DNA from: an uncultured Calditrichaceae bacterium
Lineage (GTDB): Bacteria; Calditrichota; Calditrichia; RBG-13-44-9
Direction: 5' to 3'
DNA length: 64,000 nucleotides
NCBI GenBank assembly: GCA_964617285.1
Contig: CAZTXJ010000001.1
Span: 15,237-79,236, forward strand
Shown: in pieces, positions 50,225 through 61,038 of the stretch
Numbering within the stretch: position 1 is the stretch's first letter
Layout: each line of letters begins with the position of its first letter
The notes under the pieces: generated by a model
What the model saw: the letters and a program-made list of their open reading frames with translations, nothing else
Told to the model about the DNA's origin: nothing
The model's database searches: none
Program-made: the position numbers and the translations under genes

Positions 50225-51077
50225 TGAATTGATCATAAAAAATGGCCATTATGAAGGTTGTACATCAACTTTCGAAGATGCAGAGATTGTCCTGTTCGGA
50301 GCCGGTTTTGATGGAACGTCTTCTTACCGCCCCGGCTCTCGCTTTGCCCCGATTGCCTTAAGAAGTGAAACTCTGCTTTCCCAGGAAGATTATAGTCCTT
50401 ACTTCGATATGGACATCAAGGATAAAAGTATTCATGACCTGGGGGATGTTGAGGTGGTTTACGGAAATACCGGGGAAACTTTATCCCGAATTGAACAGGT
50501 CTCTCAATATATTATCGATAATGGAAAAAAACCATTCTGTATTGGCGGCGAACATTTGGTAACCTTTCCGGTGGTCAAGCCATTGTTAAGTAAATACCCG
50601 GACCTTCATATAATACAATTGGATGCCCATCTGGATCTTATGGATGAGCTGTTTGGCGACCGTTACTCCCATGGTACGGTGATGAGAAGAATATTTGATC
50701 TGATGAAAGGTTCATTCCGGATCCACCAGGTTGGTATTCGCAGTGGGCATCGGGATGAATATGTCTTTGCGAAATCCAATACCAGGTTATATCCATTTCA
50801 TTCCGATGAATTTTTGAAGAATTTGGATGAATTGTCTGATAAACCGGTATATCTCACAGTTGATCTCGATGTTTTTGATCCATCCCTGATTCCAGGAACC
50901 GGCACACCTGAAGCAGGAGGGATTTTCTTCCAGGAATTTATTTCAATTTTAAAAAATATCAAGGAAATGAATTTCGTTGGAGCAGATATGGTGGAATTAA
51001 CACCCCAGATCGATCCGACCAATACCTCTACTATAGTTGCCTCAAAAATCCTTCGGGAACTCTTGCTCGTCGTGTAG
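50217..51077 (+). CDS. speB: Agmatinase (arginase family)
   Basis: DAHLD and DLDVFDPS metal-binding motifs. Coupled to speE. Confidence 0.8.
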   Translation: MINELIIKNGHYEGCTSTFEDAEIVLFGAGFDGTSSYRPGSRFAPIALRSETLLSQEDYSPYFDMDIKDKSIHDLGDVEVVYGNTGETLSRIEQVSQYIIDNGKKPFCIGGEHLVTFPVVKPLLSKYPDLHIIQLDAHLDLMDELFGDRYSHGTVMRRIFDLMKGSFRIHQVGIRSGHRDEYVFAKSNTRLYPFHSDEFLKNLDELSDKPVYLTVDLDVFDPSLIPGTGTPEAGGIFFQEFISILKNIKEMNFVGADMVELTPQIDPTNTSTIVASKILRELLLVV

Positions 51078-51271
51078 AATACGACATTTTTTACTTTGTT
51101 ATGAAGTTATATTTGTCGTGTTTATTTTAGTATAAACTACATCAAAAATCGCCGAATCAATCTCTCTTTTCCGGCTGCAAAAAAGCATATTTCAAAAAAT
51201 TTTTATGAAAAATGGTAATAAGCCGATAATTATCATGGATTTAAAAATTTCGTATTCTTATACCAAAAGAT

Positions 51272-52171
51272 ATGGAACTGAAAGAGCTCGAACAGAAATA
51301 CCAGGCCGGTGTCAAAATAATCAGGGAAAGAGGTTATTATCCCCGGTTGCTTGATGAAGCGCATTATCTGATCAAGTATATCGATTCCCATTTTTTTCTG
51401 GAATTATTCAGTGAAAATTTGTTCTGCGATATCCGGGGGGTTTTTGGTTCTTTTGTCCGTCAAGATCTGAAAAAAGTATACACCGATATGAAGAACAATC
51501 CGACAATTCCCATCGGCTTTTACCTTGAACAAAAATATATGAACCTGGTTATTCTCCAAAAATGCGCATCAAATATTCGCTACCAGGTTAAATCATTAAT
51601 TAGATTGCGTAAGGTTAAGGAGCTGTCCTTTAAGTCGAGATTTTTTACTGAAGTTTCTCGCAAAATGGAAGGGGAAATTCAGGAAAACTATAAATTGCTG
51701 GAGCGAAACTACAAGGTTTATTTTCGGGAAAGATTTTCCAGAAAACCCAGCAGTGAGGATAAAATTTCACTTAAATGTGTTGATGAAACTGCAGAATTAT
51801 ATGATAAGCAATTTCTGCAGGTGTTTAACCGTTTTCTTTCACTTAGCCAGGCCATTAATTTTGTCCGTGAAGTGTTCAGCCATTACCTGGAAATAGAGAT
51901 TCGCAATCATTTGGCTACAGTATTCTATGAAAGACAGGATAAATTGGAGAGAGTCATTGATTATTTTATCAACGATTTAAAGCGGAATTTCATTCATACC
52001 ATGTCCCGGCATCTGCGTAAAGGCAGGAGTTTCGAATGGATCCGGACTGGCTTTCAACAATTTATCGACAGCGAGAGATTTGAGATGCTTTTGAGGAGGG
52101 TTATTTTACAGACCCTTTCCATCATTCGCCGCAACAATTCCCAAAATGGGATAACAAATTTAAAGAAATAA
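51272..52171 (+). CDS. Hypothetical all-helical basic protein
   Basis: No recognisable motif. Good coding-like composition. Confidence 0.3.
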   Translation: MELKELEQKYQAGVKIIRERGYYPRLLDEAHYLIKYIDSHFFLELFSENLFCDIRGVFGSFVRQDLKKVYTDMKNNPTIPIGFYLEQKYMNLVILQKCASNIRYQVKSLIRLRKVKELSFKSRFFTEVSRKMEGEIQENYKLLERNYKVYFRERFSRKPSSEDKISLKCVDETAELYDKQFLQVFNRFLSLSQAINFVREVFSHYLEIEIRNHLATVFYERQDKLERVIDYFINDLKRNFIHTMSRHLRKGRSFEWIRTGFQQFIDSERFEMLLRRVILQTLSIIRRNNSQNGITNLKK

Positions 52172-52214
52172 AACCACCTACTACCCGAATAATTATCTTC
52201 ACATAAATACGTCT

Positions 52215-54359
52215 TTAGAAATCATAAATGAGCGGGCTGTTTTCTGCTTCAAAAACCCCTTTCATACTGTTTTTGCCAGAAGAAAACATCAGGTAACTAT
52301 ACTTCCCATAATGACTCAATAGCATGCCAACCCGCCCAATATTTTCATCCTTACCCAACAGAATGAAGCAATAATCAATTTCCGGATTGTGCTTGGCTCT
52401 GGCCATCATGATAAACATATCTTCAGGAGCCGGTACTTGTTTTCCCTCAAATTGTAATGCGTTGTTCCCAACCTTCAGTTGTTGAGTGGCAGAATAATCT
52501 ATGGAATGCCACAGGGAATTTTCCTCCGGACTGCCAAGAATATAAAATGAATTGCTGTCCAGTTCTGAATTTGTAATTTCCGAAGGTTCCTTCATCACCG
52601 TTTTTTCTTCCATTCCTTCTGAGAAGGTGTTTGCGAATGCTTTATATGCTTCCAGTTTTGAATCAGAACAATTATCAGGTAAAACCAGAATCGTATTTTC
52701 CTTGGCAAATATTTCAGCAAGGGTTGGCGGGATCTCATTTACATCCAGTTTACGGAAAACATCAAAGTCCGGATCGATGGCCAAACTGGACGGTTTTCCG
52801 GCGAGTGAAATCTGATAAGTTTGTTGCACCTGATTTAACCAAATCTCGGTCCTGGTAGGCTCTGCTCCGTCATAATTGACGGACACCGGGATATAAAGTT
52901 TATATTTCCCATCTAATTGCTGCAGGGTAAAGTCCAGCTGCTGATTTTCTGTTTTTACATCTTTTAGGACTAGTCTGGGTGCGCCCTTTTGATAAACCCA
53001 CTGCTCGAAGAACCAGGCGTAATCCTGACCTGTCGTGCTCTCCACCGTATTTTGAATGTCTTTCCAGGAGGCTTCCTTGAATTTAAAATCCCTGTAAAAA
53101 TTGCGGAATGACTGATAGAAAAGTGAATCTCCAATTATTTTTCGCAATTGATGGAAAACCATGGCGCTTTTTCCATATCCCAATGCCCGGGAGGCGCTCT
53201 CCGTCCGCTCTCGAAACTCGGAAAGGGGGCGATCGTATTTTTCGGTGACATAAACAGTAAAATCCCGATCCAGATCTCTTCGATATTGCATGGCCTCTTC
53301 CGGACTTTTCATCTCCTTATAGTGATAGTCTGCATAATAAGTGGTGAGACCCTCGCACCAGTTGCCGCTTTCGTAATCCACATAGACAGAGTTTCCCCAC
53401 CAGTTGTGGGTAATTTCATGGCCGAGTGAGGTATAAATAATAAATGGTAACCGAATGACCTGGCTTCCCAGAAGTGTGTACGAGGGCATTCCGTATCCGG
53501 TGGGAAAGAAATTTTCTACCACTGCAAACTTGGAAAAAGGGTAGGGTCCGATCAGCTTGTCATACATCGGAATATAACGCTGACAAGCCTGCAGATAGGA
53601 GGGAGCCAGATCCTGTGATTCCGGGAAAAAGTAAGTTGAAATTGAAACATCATCAAATTCTGCATTTTTTATTTCAAAATTTGACCCGACCAAATGTATC
53701 GCATCAGCCGGATAATTTATTTCCCATTTCACCATTCGGGTATTTTCATCGATTTCCTCAAAAACTTTTTCACCCTGGGTTAAAATTGTAAGATTTTTGG
53801 GGGTTGAGACTTCAATTGAAAAGTTGGCTAAGTTTTCCGGAAGATATGGATACCAGAAAAACGACGGACTGAGAAAAACCCCCTTGTCTCCGATATACCC
53901 TCTTACCTCGTAAGCGATATATTCCCGGGAAAATGCGGCTTTGTCAACCGAATCCTGAGCAGAAAGAGTATAGTTAACATTAATCGCTGTTTCCGGTTCG
54001 GGTTCGGTGAGAAACACTGTTACTTGCATTGCATTTTTATAGCTGTTCTCAATGGTAGAATCCGGATTATCAAAATACTTTGTCAGATCAAAATTAGTTT
54101 GACTCTGAAAATTTGCCTCCTCATCATCAACAAAGACTTGCTTGATCTTAGCCTGATTATTTAATAAGAATGATACTTCGCGAATGCTTTTTTCTGATTT
54201 CACATTTACCAGAGCTGAAACATCCGCTGTGCTCTGATTTGGATCGATATTCACACTCAAATTATAATTTTCGAAATGGTATGGCAGATTGGATTTTGCA
54301 GTTTGACTGCAGCTCATCAAAAGTATCGGAAGAAGGCTAAAGTATAAAAAGTATTTCAT
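52215..54359 (-). CDS. M1 family aminopeptidase (gluzincin), lipoprotein
   Basis: HEITH-x18-E zinc site. Lipobox signal ending in LLMSCSQ. Confidence 0.8.
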   Translation of the reverse strand: MKYFLYFSLLPILLMSCSQTAKSNLPYHFENYNLSVNIDPNQSTADVSALVNVKSEKSIREVSFLLNNQAKIKQVFVDDEEANFQSQTNFDLTKYFDNPDSTIENSYKNAMQVTVFLTEPEPETAINVNYTLSAQDSVDKAAFSREYIAYEVRGYIGDKGVFLSPSFFWYPYLPENLANFSIEVSTPKNLTILTQGEKVFEEIDENTRMVKWEINYPADAIHLVGSNFEIKNAEFDDVSISTYFFPESQDLAPSYLQACQRYIPMYDKLIGPYPFSKFAVVENFFPTGYGMPSYTLLGSQVIRLPFIIYTSLGHEITHNWWGNSVYVDYESGNWCEGLTTYYADYHYKEMKSPEEAMQYRRDLDRDFTVYVTEKYDRPLSEFRERTESASRALGYGKSAMVFHQLRKIIGDSLFYQSFRNFYRDFKFKEASWKDIQNTVESTTGQDYAWFFEQWVYQKGAPRLVLKDVKTENQQLDFTLQQLDGKYKLYIPVSVNYDGAEPTRTEIWLNQVQQTYQISLAGKPSSLAIDPDFDVFRKLDVNEIPPTLAEIFAKENTILVLPDNCSDSKLEAYKAFANTFSEGMEEKTVMKEPSEITNSELDSNSFYILGSPEENSLWHSIDYSATQQLKVGNNALQFEGKQVPAPEDMFIMMARAKHNPEIDYCFILLGKDENIGRVGMLLSHYGKYSYLMFSSGKNSMKGVFEAENSPLIYDF

Positions 54360-54384
54360 TATGAATCCTCTATTTATTGATTGT

Positions 54385-55644
54385 CTAATTTGGTTGTTTA
54401 TTTTCTATTTGTCCTACTTCCTTAATTAATTCGCTGTCTTCGGGCAAGTATTGGCGCATATAACTCCGGCTGATTTCCCAGTACTTGTGCGCTTCGGTTT
54501 CCAATCCCTGCGCATAAACCAAGTCCCCTTTAGACCAGTATATATTTGCCAAAACCTCATCCCAATTTTCAAATTGCATGAGCATTTCATCAAAAAGATT
54601 ATCTGCAAAATAAAAATTCTTACTGTTCAAAATGTACTTTTCGGTAATTTTATATCCCTTTTTATCATAAGGATCGTGTATAAGCATTTTCTTGATGGTT
54701 GTTTCAACTGCAGGAGTGTTGCCTTCTGAAAGATAATAGTTAATCAAATCGATATAGGCCTCCTGTTTCTCCGGAATCAAATAAATGCACTCTTTGAGGT
54801 AGGTCTGAAATTTATTGAGTTCCCCAAGTTCCTTGAGGGAGTTGGCGGCCAGACGTTTAGCATCGTATATCTGATAAATTCTTTTCTTATCGAATTTTTC
54901 CAGGGCTCGGGCTGCGTAATTGTATGCCCTGGTGAACTCTTTCTTAGAATAACTGATTTCAGAAAGTTGAAGCAGCGATTCTGGATCTTCGACTTTATCG
55001 GTTACATTTTTTATAAAATATTGCTCAGCCTTATCAGTTTGATCTTTGTTCAGATAATAAATACCAAGCCAGCGATTCACATCAATACTGTGATATCCGA
55101 GTTTAAGCGCTTTTGAATAGTTATTAAAAACCCTTTCTTCCAGTTCGCTGACTAAATTTTCAGGTGCAAAATCAAAATTTTCAAATTCCCGGAATTGTAA
55201 GTTGTAGTAATCCCCTAAAAGCTTGAAGGCCCAGGGATAATTGGGATTGTTATTGGTAATTTTTCTCAATATTCTTTGTGGGTAACGTAATTGTGCCATT
55301 TGAATATTTAGAATAGTATCAACCTGAGTTATTTTTTGGGCGATTGGTTCATTGCGCAAATAGAATATTTTGAACGACTCCTGACCATAATAATTTTCCA
55401 ATCCATTCTGGACCATTCGGCAGGCCCAGAACGGCTTGAAACTAATTTTTTGTAATCTGCTTTCCAGCAACCTTTGGATAGAAGCATACTGTTTCTGTTC
55501 TGAAAGCTCGTTTATTTGCTTCAGGAATTTTACACTGTCTTCCGTTGCGGATTGAGATAAAACCTGAGTCGTTAAGCAGAAATAATTGAAGAACAGTTGG
55601 AGGATTAAAATTAAAAATATATTAGCCCTAAATAATTTTATCAA
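54385..55644 (-). CDS. Secreted hypothetical protein with TPR-like helical repeats
   Basis: Signal peptide and repetitive Y/W-rich helical hairpins. Confidence 0.35.
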   Translation of the reverse strand: MIKLFRANIFLILILQLFFNYFCLTTQVLSQSATEDSVKFLKQINELSEQKQYASIQRLLESRLQKISFKPFWACRMVQNGLENYYGQESFKIFYLRNEPIAQKITQVDTILNIQMAQLRYPQRILRKITNNNPNYPWAFKLLGDYYNLQFREFENFDFAPENLVSELEERVFNNYSKALKLGYHSIDVNRWLGIYYLNKDQTDKAEQYFIKNVTDKVEDPESLLQLSEISYSKKEFTRAYNYAARALEKFDKKRIYQIYDAKRLAANSLKELGELNKFQTYLKECIYLIPEKQEAYIDLINYYLSEGNTPAVETTIKKMLIHDPYDKKGYKITEKYILNSKNFYFADNLFDEMLMQFENWDEVLANIYWSKGDLVYAQGLETEAHKYWEISRSYMRQYLPEDSELIKEVGQIENKQPN

Positions 55645-55742
55645 ATTTAACTCGAGTTTTATTTTTAAAAATTTTCATTAACAACCAAAATGGTTATTTG
55701 TTTGTTTAAAATAGGTTTCCAGGTAATAAAAAACCAATAATA

Positions 55743-56225
55743 TCATTGCTTATATCCAATCTTGCGAAGGAATTCTTTTCGATGGGCTATATCCTTTTCT
55801 TTTTCTATGCCCAAGGGGGATTGGCCATCAACGACTCCCAAAATCGCTCGGCCAATATTTGTTTCAGCTAATACAACCTGAACCTGGTTCGCCGTGGCAC
55901 AAAAAATTGTGCAGACTTCGGGTACCATTTTAATTGAGTTTAGAATGTTTATGGGAAAAGCATTTTTTAAAAAAATAATAAATGAATGTCCGGCACCAAT
56001 ATCCATGGCGTTTTTTTGTGCGAGCTGGATCATTTCATCATCATTTCCAGCCCATCGAACTAACCGATCCTGGGAGGCTTCACAAAAGGCGAGACCAAAT
56101 TTCACCCCGGGTACCGTTTGAATAATGGTTTCATAAATGTCTTCCACGGTTTTAATAAAATGGCTCTGGCCAAGAATAAAGTTGACCTCAGCAGGTTTTG
56201 TAATATCAATAGTTTTTATTTCCAT
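55743..56225 (-). CDS. Small conserved protein, possibly adenosine-specific kinase family (PF04008-like)
   Basis: About 160 aa; pattern recalled from the archaeal/bacterial family. Low certainty. Confidence 0.3.
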   Translation of the reverse strand: MEIKTIDITKPAEVNFILGQSHFIKTVEDIYETIIQTVPGVKFGLAFCEASQDRLVRWAGNDDEMIQLAQKNAMDIGAGHSFIIFLKNAFPINILNSIKMVPEVCTIFCATANQVQVVLAETNIGRAILGVVDGQSPLGIEKEKDIAHRKEFLRKIGYKQ

Positions 56226-56339
56226 TTAATTGTCCCTCATCATTTTTTAACCATAAGAATTTAAGTTGCGATTAGGTTTAATGCAATGCGGGAAGTACAG
56301 GAAAATTAAGAAAGTGTTTATATAAATCTTTCAGGGGGC

Positions 56340-57095
56340 TTATTTTTCTAACCCTTCAAGGAGGGTGGGGTTTTGTTTGCTCATTTCCAGAAAATCATAA
56401 TAATTCTGCTTGGTACCCAGATCGAACCAATTTCCGGTATGAACATAAACAGATATTTTAATTCCTCCTTCCACGGCTTTGAGATATAGATCTTCTATAA
56501 TTGAAGAATAATAAGGTTTTAGATATTGGCGTGCCCTTTCAGACAAAATTTGAAATCCCATAAAAATTCCAGTTTTGACTCTTCTGGGAATAGTCTCACC
56601 CTTTTTTAAAAAACCAGTTAATACTTGATCCTCATTAAAGGTGACCAAACTATAATTCTGATTGTCCTGCGATGGATAGACGGCCAATGTAGCAATGTTT
56701 TGATGTTCCTCAAAATATTCTATGAATTTCGGGATTGAAATGTCTGATAAAACATCTGCATTTTGAATCAATATATCCTGCTGAATAAAATATGGTTCGG
56801 CCTTTGCGATTCCTCCCGCCGTTCCAAGTATTTCCGGCTCATCACTGAAAATAAATTCAACATCGTCAGACCGATATTTTTCCAGGTGTTGCTTAATTTG
56901 TTTTCCTTTATAGTGGAGATTAATAACAATTTTTTTAAATCCATGGTTAATCAATTTCTCGATGCTTAAATCAAGAATAGTAGTATCCCCGATTGGAAGC
57001 AGTGGTTTCGGGAGATCTGCAGTGAGGTGTTCCATTCTGGTCCCAAGTCCCGCGGCAAGAATCATGGCAGTATCAATTTTGTTTTCATTCATCAC
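56340..57095 (-). CDS. Sugar-phosphate nucleotidyltransferase (NTP_transferase; MurU/GMP-like)
   Basis: AMILAAGLGTRM...LPKPLLPI N-terminal signature. Confidence 0.7.
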   Translation of the reverse strand: MMNENKIDTAMILAAGLGTRMEHLTADLPKPLLPIGDTTILDLSIEKLINHGFKKIVINLHYKGKQIKQHLEKYRSDDVEFIFSDEPEILGTAGGIAKAEPYFIQQDILIQNADVLSDISIPKFIEYFEEHQNIATLAVYPSQDNQNYSLVTFNEDQVLTGFLKKGETIPRRVKTGIFMGFQILSERARQYLKPYYSSIIEDLYLKAVEGGIKISVYVHTGNWFDLGTKQNYYDFLEMSKQNPTLLEGLEK

Positions 57096-57200
57096 GAATA
57101 TATAAAATTGTAGATTTTCGGTTCTGACATTTAGATTGATTTAATATTGCCATAAATATATATTTAATTTATAAATAAATTATATTAAAGGAAACCAAAT

Positions 57201-58148
57201 ATGAAACGTGTGCTGGTAACCGGTGGTGCTGGGTTTATTGGATCTCACTTATGCAAGCGATTATTGAATGAGGGCAATGATGTACTTTGCCTGGATAATT
57301 TTTTCACCGGAAGTAAAAGCAATATCGTTGATTTGCTGAATAGGAAGAATTTTGAACTGCTTCGCCACGATGTCACTCAGCCTGTTTTGTTGGAGATAGA
57401 TCAGATTTACCATTTTGCCTGTCCTGCATCGCCGGTCCATTATCAGTATAATCCGGTTAAAACGATAAAAACCAACGTTATGGGTACGATAAATATGTTG
57501 GGGCTTGCTAAAAGGGTAAGGGCAAGAGTGATGCTTGCCTCGACCTCGGAGGTCTATGGCGATCCCAAAGTTCATCCTCAAACCGAGGATTATTGGGGAC
57601 ATGTAAATCCCATCGGTATTCGAAGCTGTTATGATGAAGGAAAAAGGGTAGCAGAAACCTTGATGATGGATTATCACCGGCAAAATAAAGTAGATATTAA
57701 AATTATCAGAATTTTTAATACCTATGGACCCAATATGGCTCCGAATGATGGTCGTGTTGTCAGTAATTTTATTATGCAAGCTTTAAAAAACGAAGAAATT
57801 ACTATTTATGGAGAAGGTAACCAGACCAGATCCTTTTGCTATATTGATGACCTGATTGAAGGCACAATTCGGATGATGAGTTCGGATAATTTTACTGGCC
57901 CGGTGAATATTGGAAATCCTCATGAATTTACCATTATCGATCTGGCAAAAAAGGTACTGGACTTGACCGGATCCAAATCAAAAATAAAATATCAGCCTTT
58001 GCCGCCTGATGATCCGATTCAACGTCAACCGGATATCACTCTAATTAAGAATAAATTAGGCTGGCAGCCTAAAGTTTCACTTGATGAGGGCTTAAAAAAT
58101 ACAATTGCCTATTTTGAGACGTTGCTTTCGAATTCTTTAAGATCATAG
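57201..58148 (+). CDS. UDP-glucuronate decarboxylase (UDP-xylose synthase), SDR family
   Basis: [14 protein letters not shown], the YxxxK catalytic region and high similarity to the UXS pattern. Confidence 0.8.
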   Translation: MKRVLVTGGAGFIGSHLCKRLLNEGNDVLCLDNFFTGSKSNIVDLLNRKNFELLRHDVTQPVLLEIDQIYHFACPASPVHYQYNPVKTIKTNVMGTINMLGLAKRVRARVMLASTSEVYGDPKVHPQTEDYWGHVNPIGIRSCYDEGKRVAETLMMDYHRQNKVDIKIIRIFNTYGPNMAPNDGRVVSNFIMQALKNEEITIYGEGNQTRSFCYIDDLIEGTIRMMSSDNFTGPVNIGNPHEFTIIDLAKKVLDLTGSKSKIKYQPLPPDDPIQRQPDITLIKNKLGWQPKVSLDEGLKNTIAYFETLLSNSLRS

Positions 58149-58171
58149 AATTTTAGGAATGGATACTAGAC

Positions 58172-59098
58172 ATGGATACCTTTAAAATAGGACATTTTAC
58201 CGATCTAAAACGAGGAACTGGTTGTACGGTTATTCTTTGTCCCGAAGAAACCAGGGCTTCAGCTTATGCCCGGGGCGTATCTCCCGGTACACGCGAATTT
58301 GCACTTTTATCACCCTTTCGGAAAGTGGAACAAATAAATGCGCTATTTTTAACGGGAGGGAGTGCTTTTGGATTGGATGCTGCGGGCGGGGTTATGCGTT
58401 ATCTATCAGAAAGGAATATCGGTTACCACACAGTCCTGCGACCAATCCCTATTGTTCCGGCAGCAGTGATATATGACTTGCCCGTTTTGGATGTAAATGC
58501 ATTCCCTACCAATGATGATGCATACCAGGCATGCAGAAGTGCTTCCAGTTTTCCAACCCCTCAGGGGAATATTGGTGCAGGCACTGCCGCCACAATCGGA
58601 AAATGGGCAGGCGTAGAATCTATGATGAAAGGCGGATTAGGGTATGCTCAACTAAATTTTGAACATATTGAGATCAGCGCTATATCCGTGGTAAATGCTG
58701 TAGGTGATATTTTAGATCAGAAAGGAAAAATTCTGGCAGGCGCATTCAGAAAAAACAGATTCATCGCCGAGGAAAATCCATTGTACCGATGGCAGCCCCG
58801 AAATCCCGGGTTTGGCGAAAATACGGTTTTGATTGCTTTAATATTTAATTGTCATCTGTCAAAGCTAGAATTGCATTATTTATCTGAACGAGCACACAAT
58901 GGTATTGTGCGATCAGTTAAACCGGCACATACTCGTTATGATGGCGATGTAATTTTCTCAATGTCTCACGGAACAGAATCCGCAGATCTCGATCTTCTGA
59001 CCGAGTTGGCAGTAGAAGCGACACAGCAAAGTATCATCAACGCTGTGAAAGAAGCTGAAGAGTTGGGGGGAATTATTGCTTTGAAAAATATTTCATAA
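58172..59098 (+). CDS. S58 (DmpA/P1) family aminopeptidase
   Basis: N-terminal FKIGHFTDLKRGTGCTVIL and the GGSAFG pattern typical of the DmpA fold. Confidence 0.7.
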   Translation: MDTFKIGHFTDLKRGTGCTVILCPEETRASAYARGVSPGTREFALLSPFRKVEQINALFLTGGSAFGLDAAGGVMRYLSERNIGYHTVLRPIPIVPAAVIYDLPVLDVNAFPTNDDAYQACRSASSFPTPQGNIGAGTAATIGKWAGVESMMKGGLGYAQLNFEHIEISAISVVNAVGDILDQKGKILAGAFRKNRFIAEENPLYRWQPRNPGFGENTVLIALIFNCHLSKLELHYLSERAHNGIVRSVKPAHTRYDGDVIFSMSHGTESADLDLLTELAVEATQQSIINAVKEAEELGGIIALKNIS

Positions 59099-59445
59099 AT
59101 TTTGTTCTTAGAATATCCTGCTCATCTGTTTAAAGTTAATCCACACTTTTTTGGACTTGTCATTTAAATTGTTTTTTATCTCTGACGTAACAACGAACTT
59201 CAATCAGGTATGTGTTGAATTGAAGACAGGTTGTGTTTTTTGTGACCGTCTAAAATTCATCATGTGTTGAAAATTTAACCTCCATTTACCTAAAAGTGTC
59301 GATAATTGAGACAGTTTTTTATCTGGCTTTTAGTGGAAATAATTTTAGTCTGGCTGAAACCCTTAATTTCAAAGGAAAAATGCACCCATAAAAATTTGTC
59401 GTTATTTCGGCATGAAAATTGTAAAATATTTTATAGAAATTTGGA

Positions 59446-59637
59446 ATGATAAAAATGAATATTGATGACTCGCTTCAAAATATTTATCAATATCAGAAAA
59501 AGGAATCTGGAATATTAAAAAGATCAATTTCAATCTATGAAGCTTTGGCGTTATGGTTGAGTGAGGAAAATGTAGGAGTGGACAAATTCGAAAATTTGCT
59601 GAAAGACGCTTACGATAAAATGATAAACTATAATTAA
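59446..59637 (+). CDS. Small hypothetical protein (paralog A of a tandem pair)
   Basis: 63 aa. Shares an S-[IL]-x5-[LI]-x-W-L-[ST]-[ED] motif with the next ORF. Confidence 0.3.
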   Translation: MIKMNIDDSLQNIYQYQKKESGILKRSISIYEALALWLSEENVGVDKFENLLKDAYDKMINYN

Positions 59638-59641
59638 GGAA

Positions 59642-59824
59642 ATGGAAATGCAAAGCCACACGGATTATCAGAGACAACAATACGATGAAATTCATGTTCT
59701 GTATGAGAAATTGAATCAGGAGAAGAATTCAGAAGTTTCCTTAACAGAAACGGTTATTACCTGGTTGACAGATGGGTATGCCGAAGAATTTCGCAGACGT
59801 TATTTAAAAAGTGTCATGTTGTAA
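59642..59824 (+). CDS. Small hypothetical protein (paralog B of a tandem pair)
   Basis: 60 aa. Starts 5 nt after paralog A. A terminator follows. Confidence 0.3.
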   Translation: MEMQSHTDYQRQQYDEIHVLYEKLNQEKNSEVSLTETVITWLTDGYAEEFRRRYLKSVML

Positions 59825-59878
59825 AAGAGAAAGAACGCCTCCATACCTTAACATAAATGAATGGGTCTCCTCCAAGAA

Positions 59879-59911
59879 GTAGGTTAGCTTTTCGGGCTAA
59901 CCTACTTTTTT
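59879..59911. terminator. Rho-independent terminator after the small-ORF pair
   Basis: GTAGGTTAGC-ttttcgg-GCTAACCTAC stem followed by TTTTTT. Confidence 0.65.
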
Positions 59912-60328
59912 ATTTCCAATAAATTGAACAACTATTCTTCTTTTTCGCGGTCGATTATCACAATCAATAAAAATTAATTGTTGCCAGGTGCCCAGGAGCA
60001 ACCTCCCTTGCTTAAAAGGGACAGTCAGACTTGTTTTTATGAGTGCCGATCGAAGATGTGCATGTCCATTTCCATCATGCCAGGTTTGGTCATGGTGATA
60101 ATTTCTGTTGGCGGGAATGATCTCATCGAGGAATTCGGGAAGATCCTTTAATAAACCTGGTTCATATTCTATCGTTGTTATTGCAGCAGTGCTTCCCGGG
60201 ACGAAGATAATAACCTGACCTTCGCTATAATCAGATTTGTTTAATAAGTCTCCAATAACACTGGTAATATCTATTATATCAGAATTTCCTTTGGTATCAA
60301 GAAAAAATTCCTGAGTCTCAATATTCAT
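59897..60328 (-). CDS. YjbQ/UPF0047 family protein (secondary thiamine-phosphate synthase)
   Basis: About 140 aa with the family-typical ITxxV...GxVxxFVxGSTAA pattern. Confidence 0.65.
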   Translation of the reverse strand: MNIETQEFFLDTKGNSDIIDITSVIGDLLNKSDYSEGQVIIFVPGSTAAITTIEYEPGLLKDLPEFLDEIIPANRNYHHDQTWHDGNGHAHLRSALIKTSLTVPFKQGRLLLGTWQQLIFIDCDNRPRKRRIVVQFIGNKKVG

Positions 60329-60332
60329 AGGT

Positions 60333-60818
60333 CTATTTACTGATAAGTTTTTCTAAATTGATCTTACTTGAAGTTGGAAGATCCTGGCAAATAAATTTTA
60401 TACCTTGCTTAATTAAGCCAAGAAAAATATCGATTTCTTCTTCTGATAAAAATAAATATGATAAATATTCTTTTCTGTCCTGGCGGTAATGAATTCCACC
60501 AACATTTACTGTTTCAATCTCCACTCCCATTTCAATTAATTTCTTTAAAACAAATGGTGATTTTAGTAAAACAAGAACCAATATTTTTCCATTGATCCAT
60601 TCATTTGCTAATTTGGATATTTCTGAGGTAGTAAATATTTTTGAGTCGATATCTGGTGGAGCCGCCATTGAGAGCAAGTTCTTCTCCCATTCATTGTTGG
60701 CTATATCATCATCACAAACAATTAATTTTTTGATTGGTAATTGAGAACACCATCCAATTATTACCTGACCATGTATTAATCGATCGTCGATGCGCCAGAT
60801 AACGCTTGAGTTAGACAA
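60333..60818 (-). CDS. Orphan PTS EIIB-like domain (mannose/sorbose family)
   Basis: RIDDRLIHGQV phospho-His motif. No IIA/IIC/IID genes nearby. Confidence 0.6.
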   Translation of the reverse strand: MSNSSVIWRIDDRLIHGQVIIGWCSQLPIKKLIVCDDDIANNEWEKNLLSMAAPPDIDSKIFTTSEISKLANEWINGKILVLVLLKSPFVLKKLIEMGVEIETVNVGGIHYRQDRKEYLSYLFLSEEEIDIFLGLIKQGIKFICQDLPTSSKINLEKLISK

Positions 60819-61038
60819 TTAATTGCTCCTTATCTTCCACTGGTAAATAATCACTAAATAATAATCGAATTCGTTTGGTATATCAAATCCTTTAATCACA
60901 TTTTGAAATTTCGAAAAATACAATTTTGGATTGGGAAAACACGAATTTCATCAAGAATTGAGCTTTTAAACGATCAGTTTTTCAATTTTGAGGAGCGTAT
61001 CAAGTAAGCTTGTTTCCTTCAGAATAAAAAATAGATAT

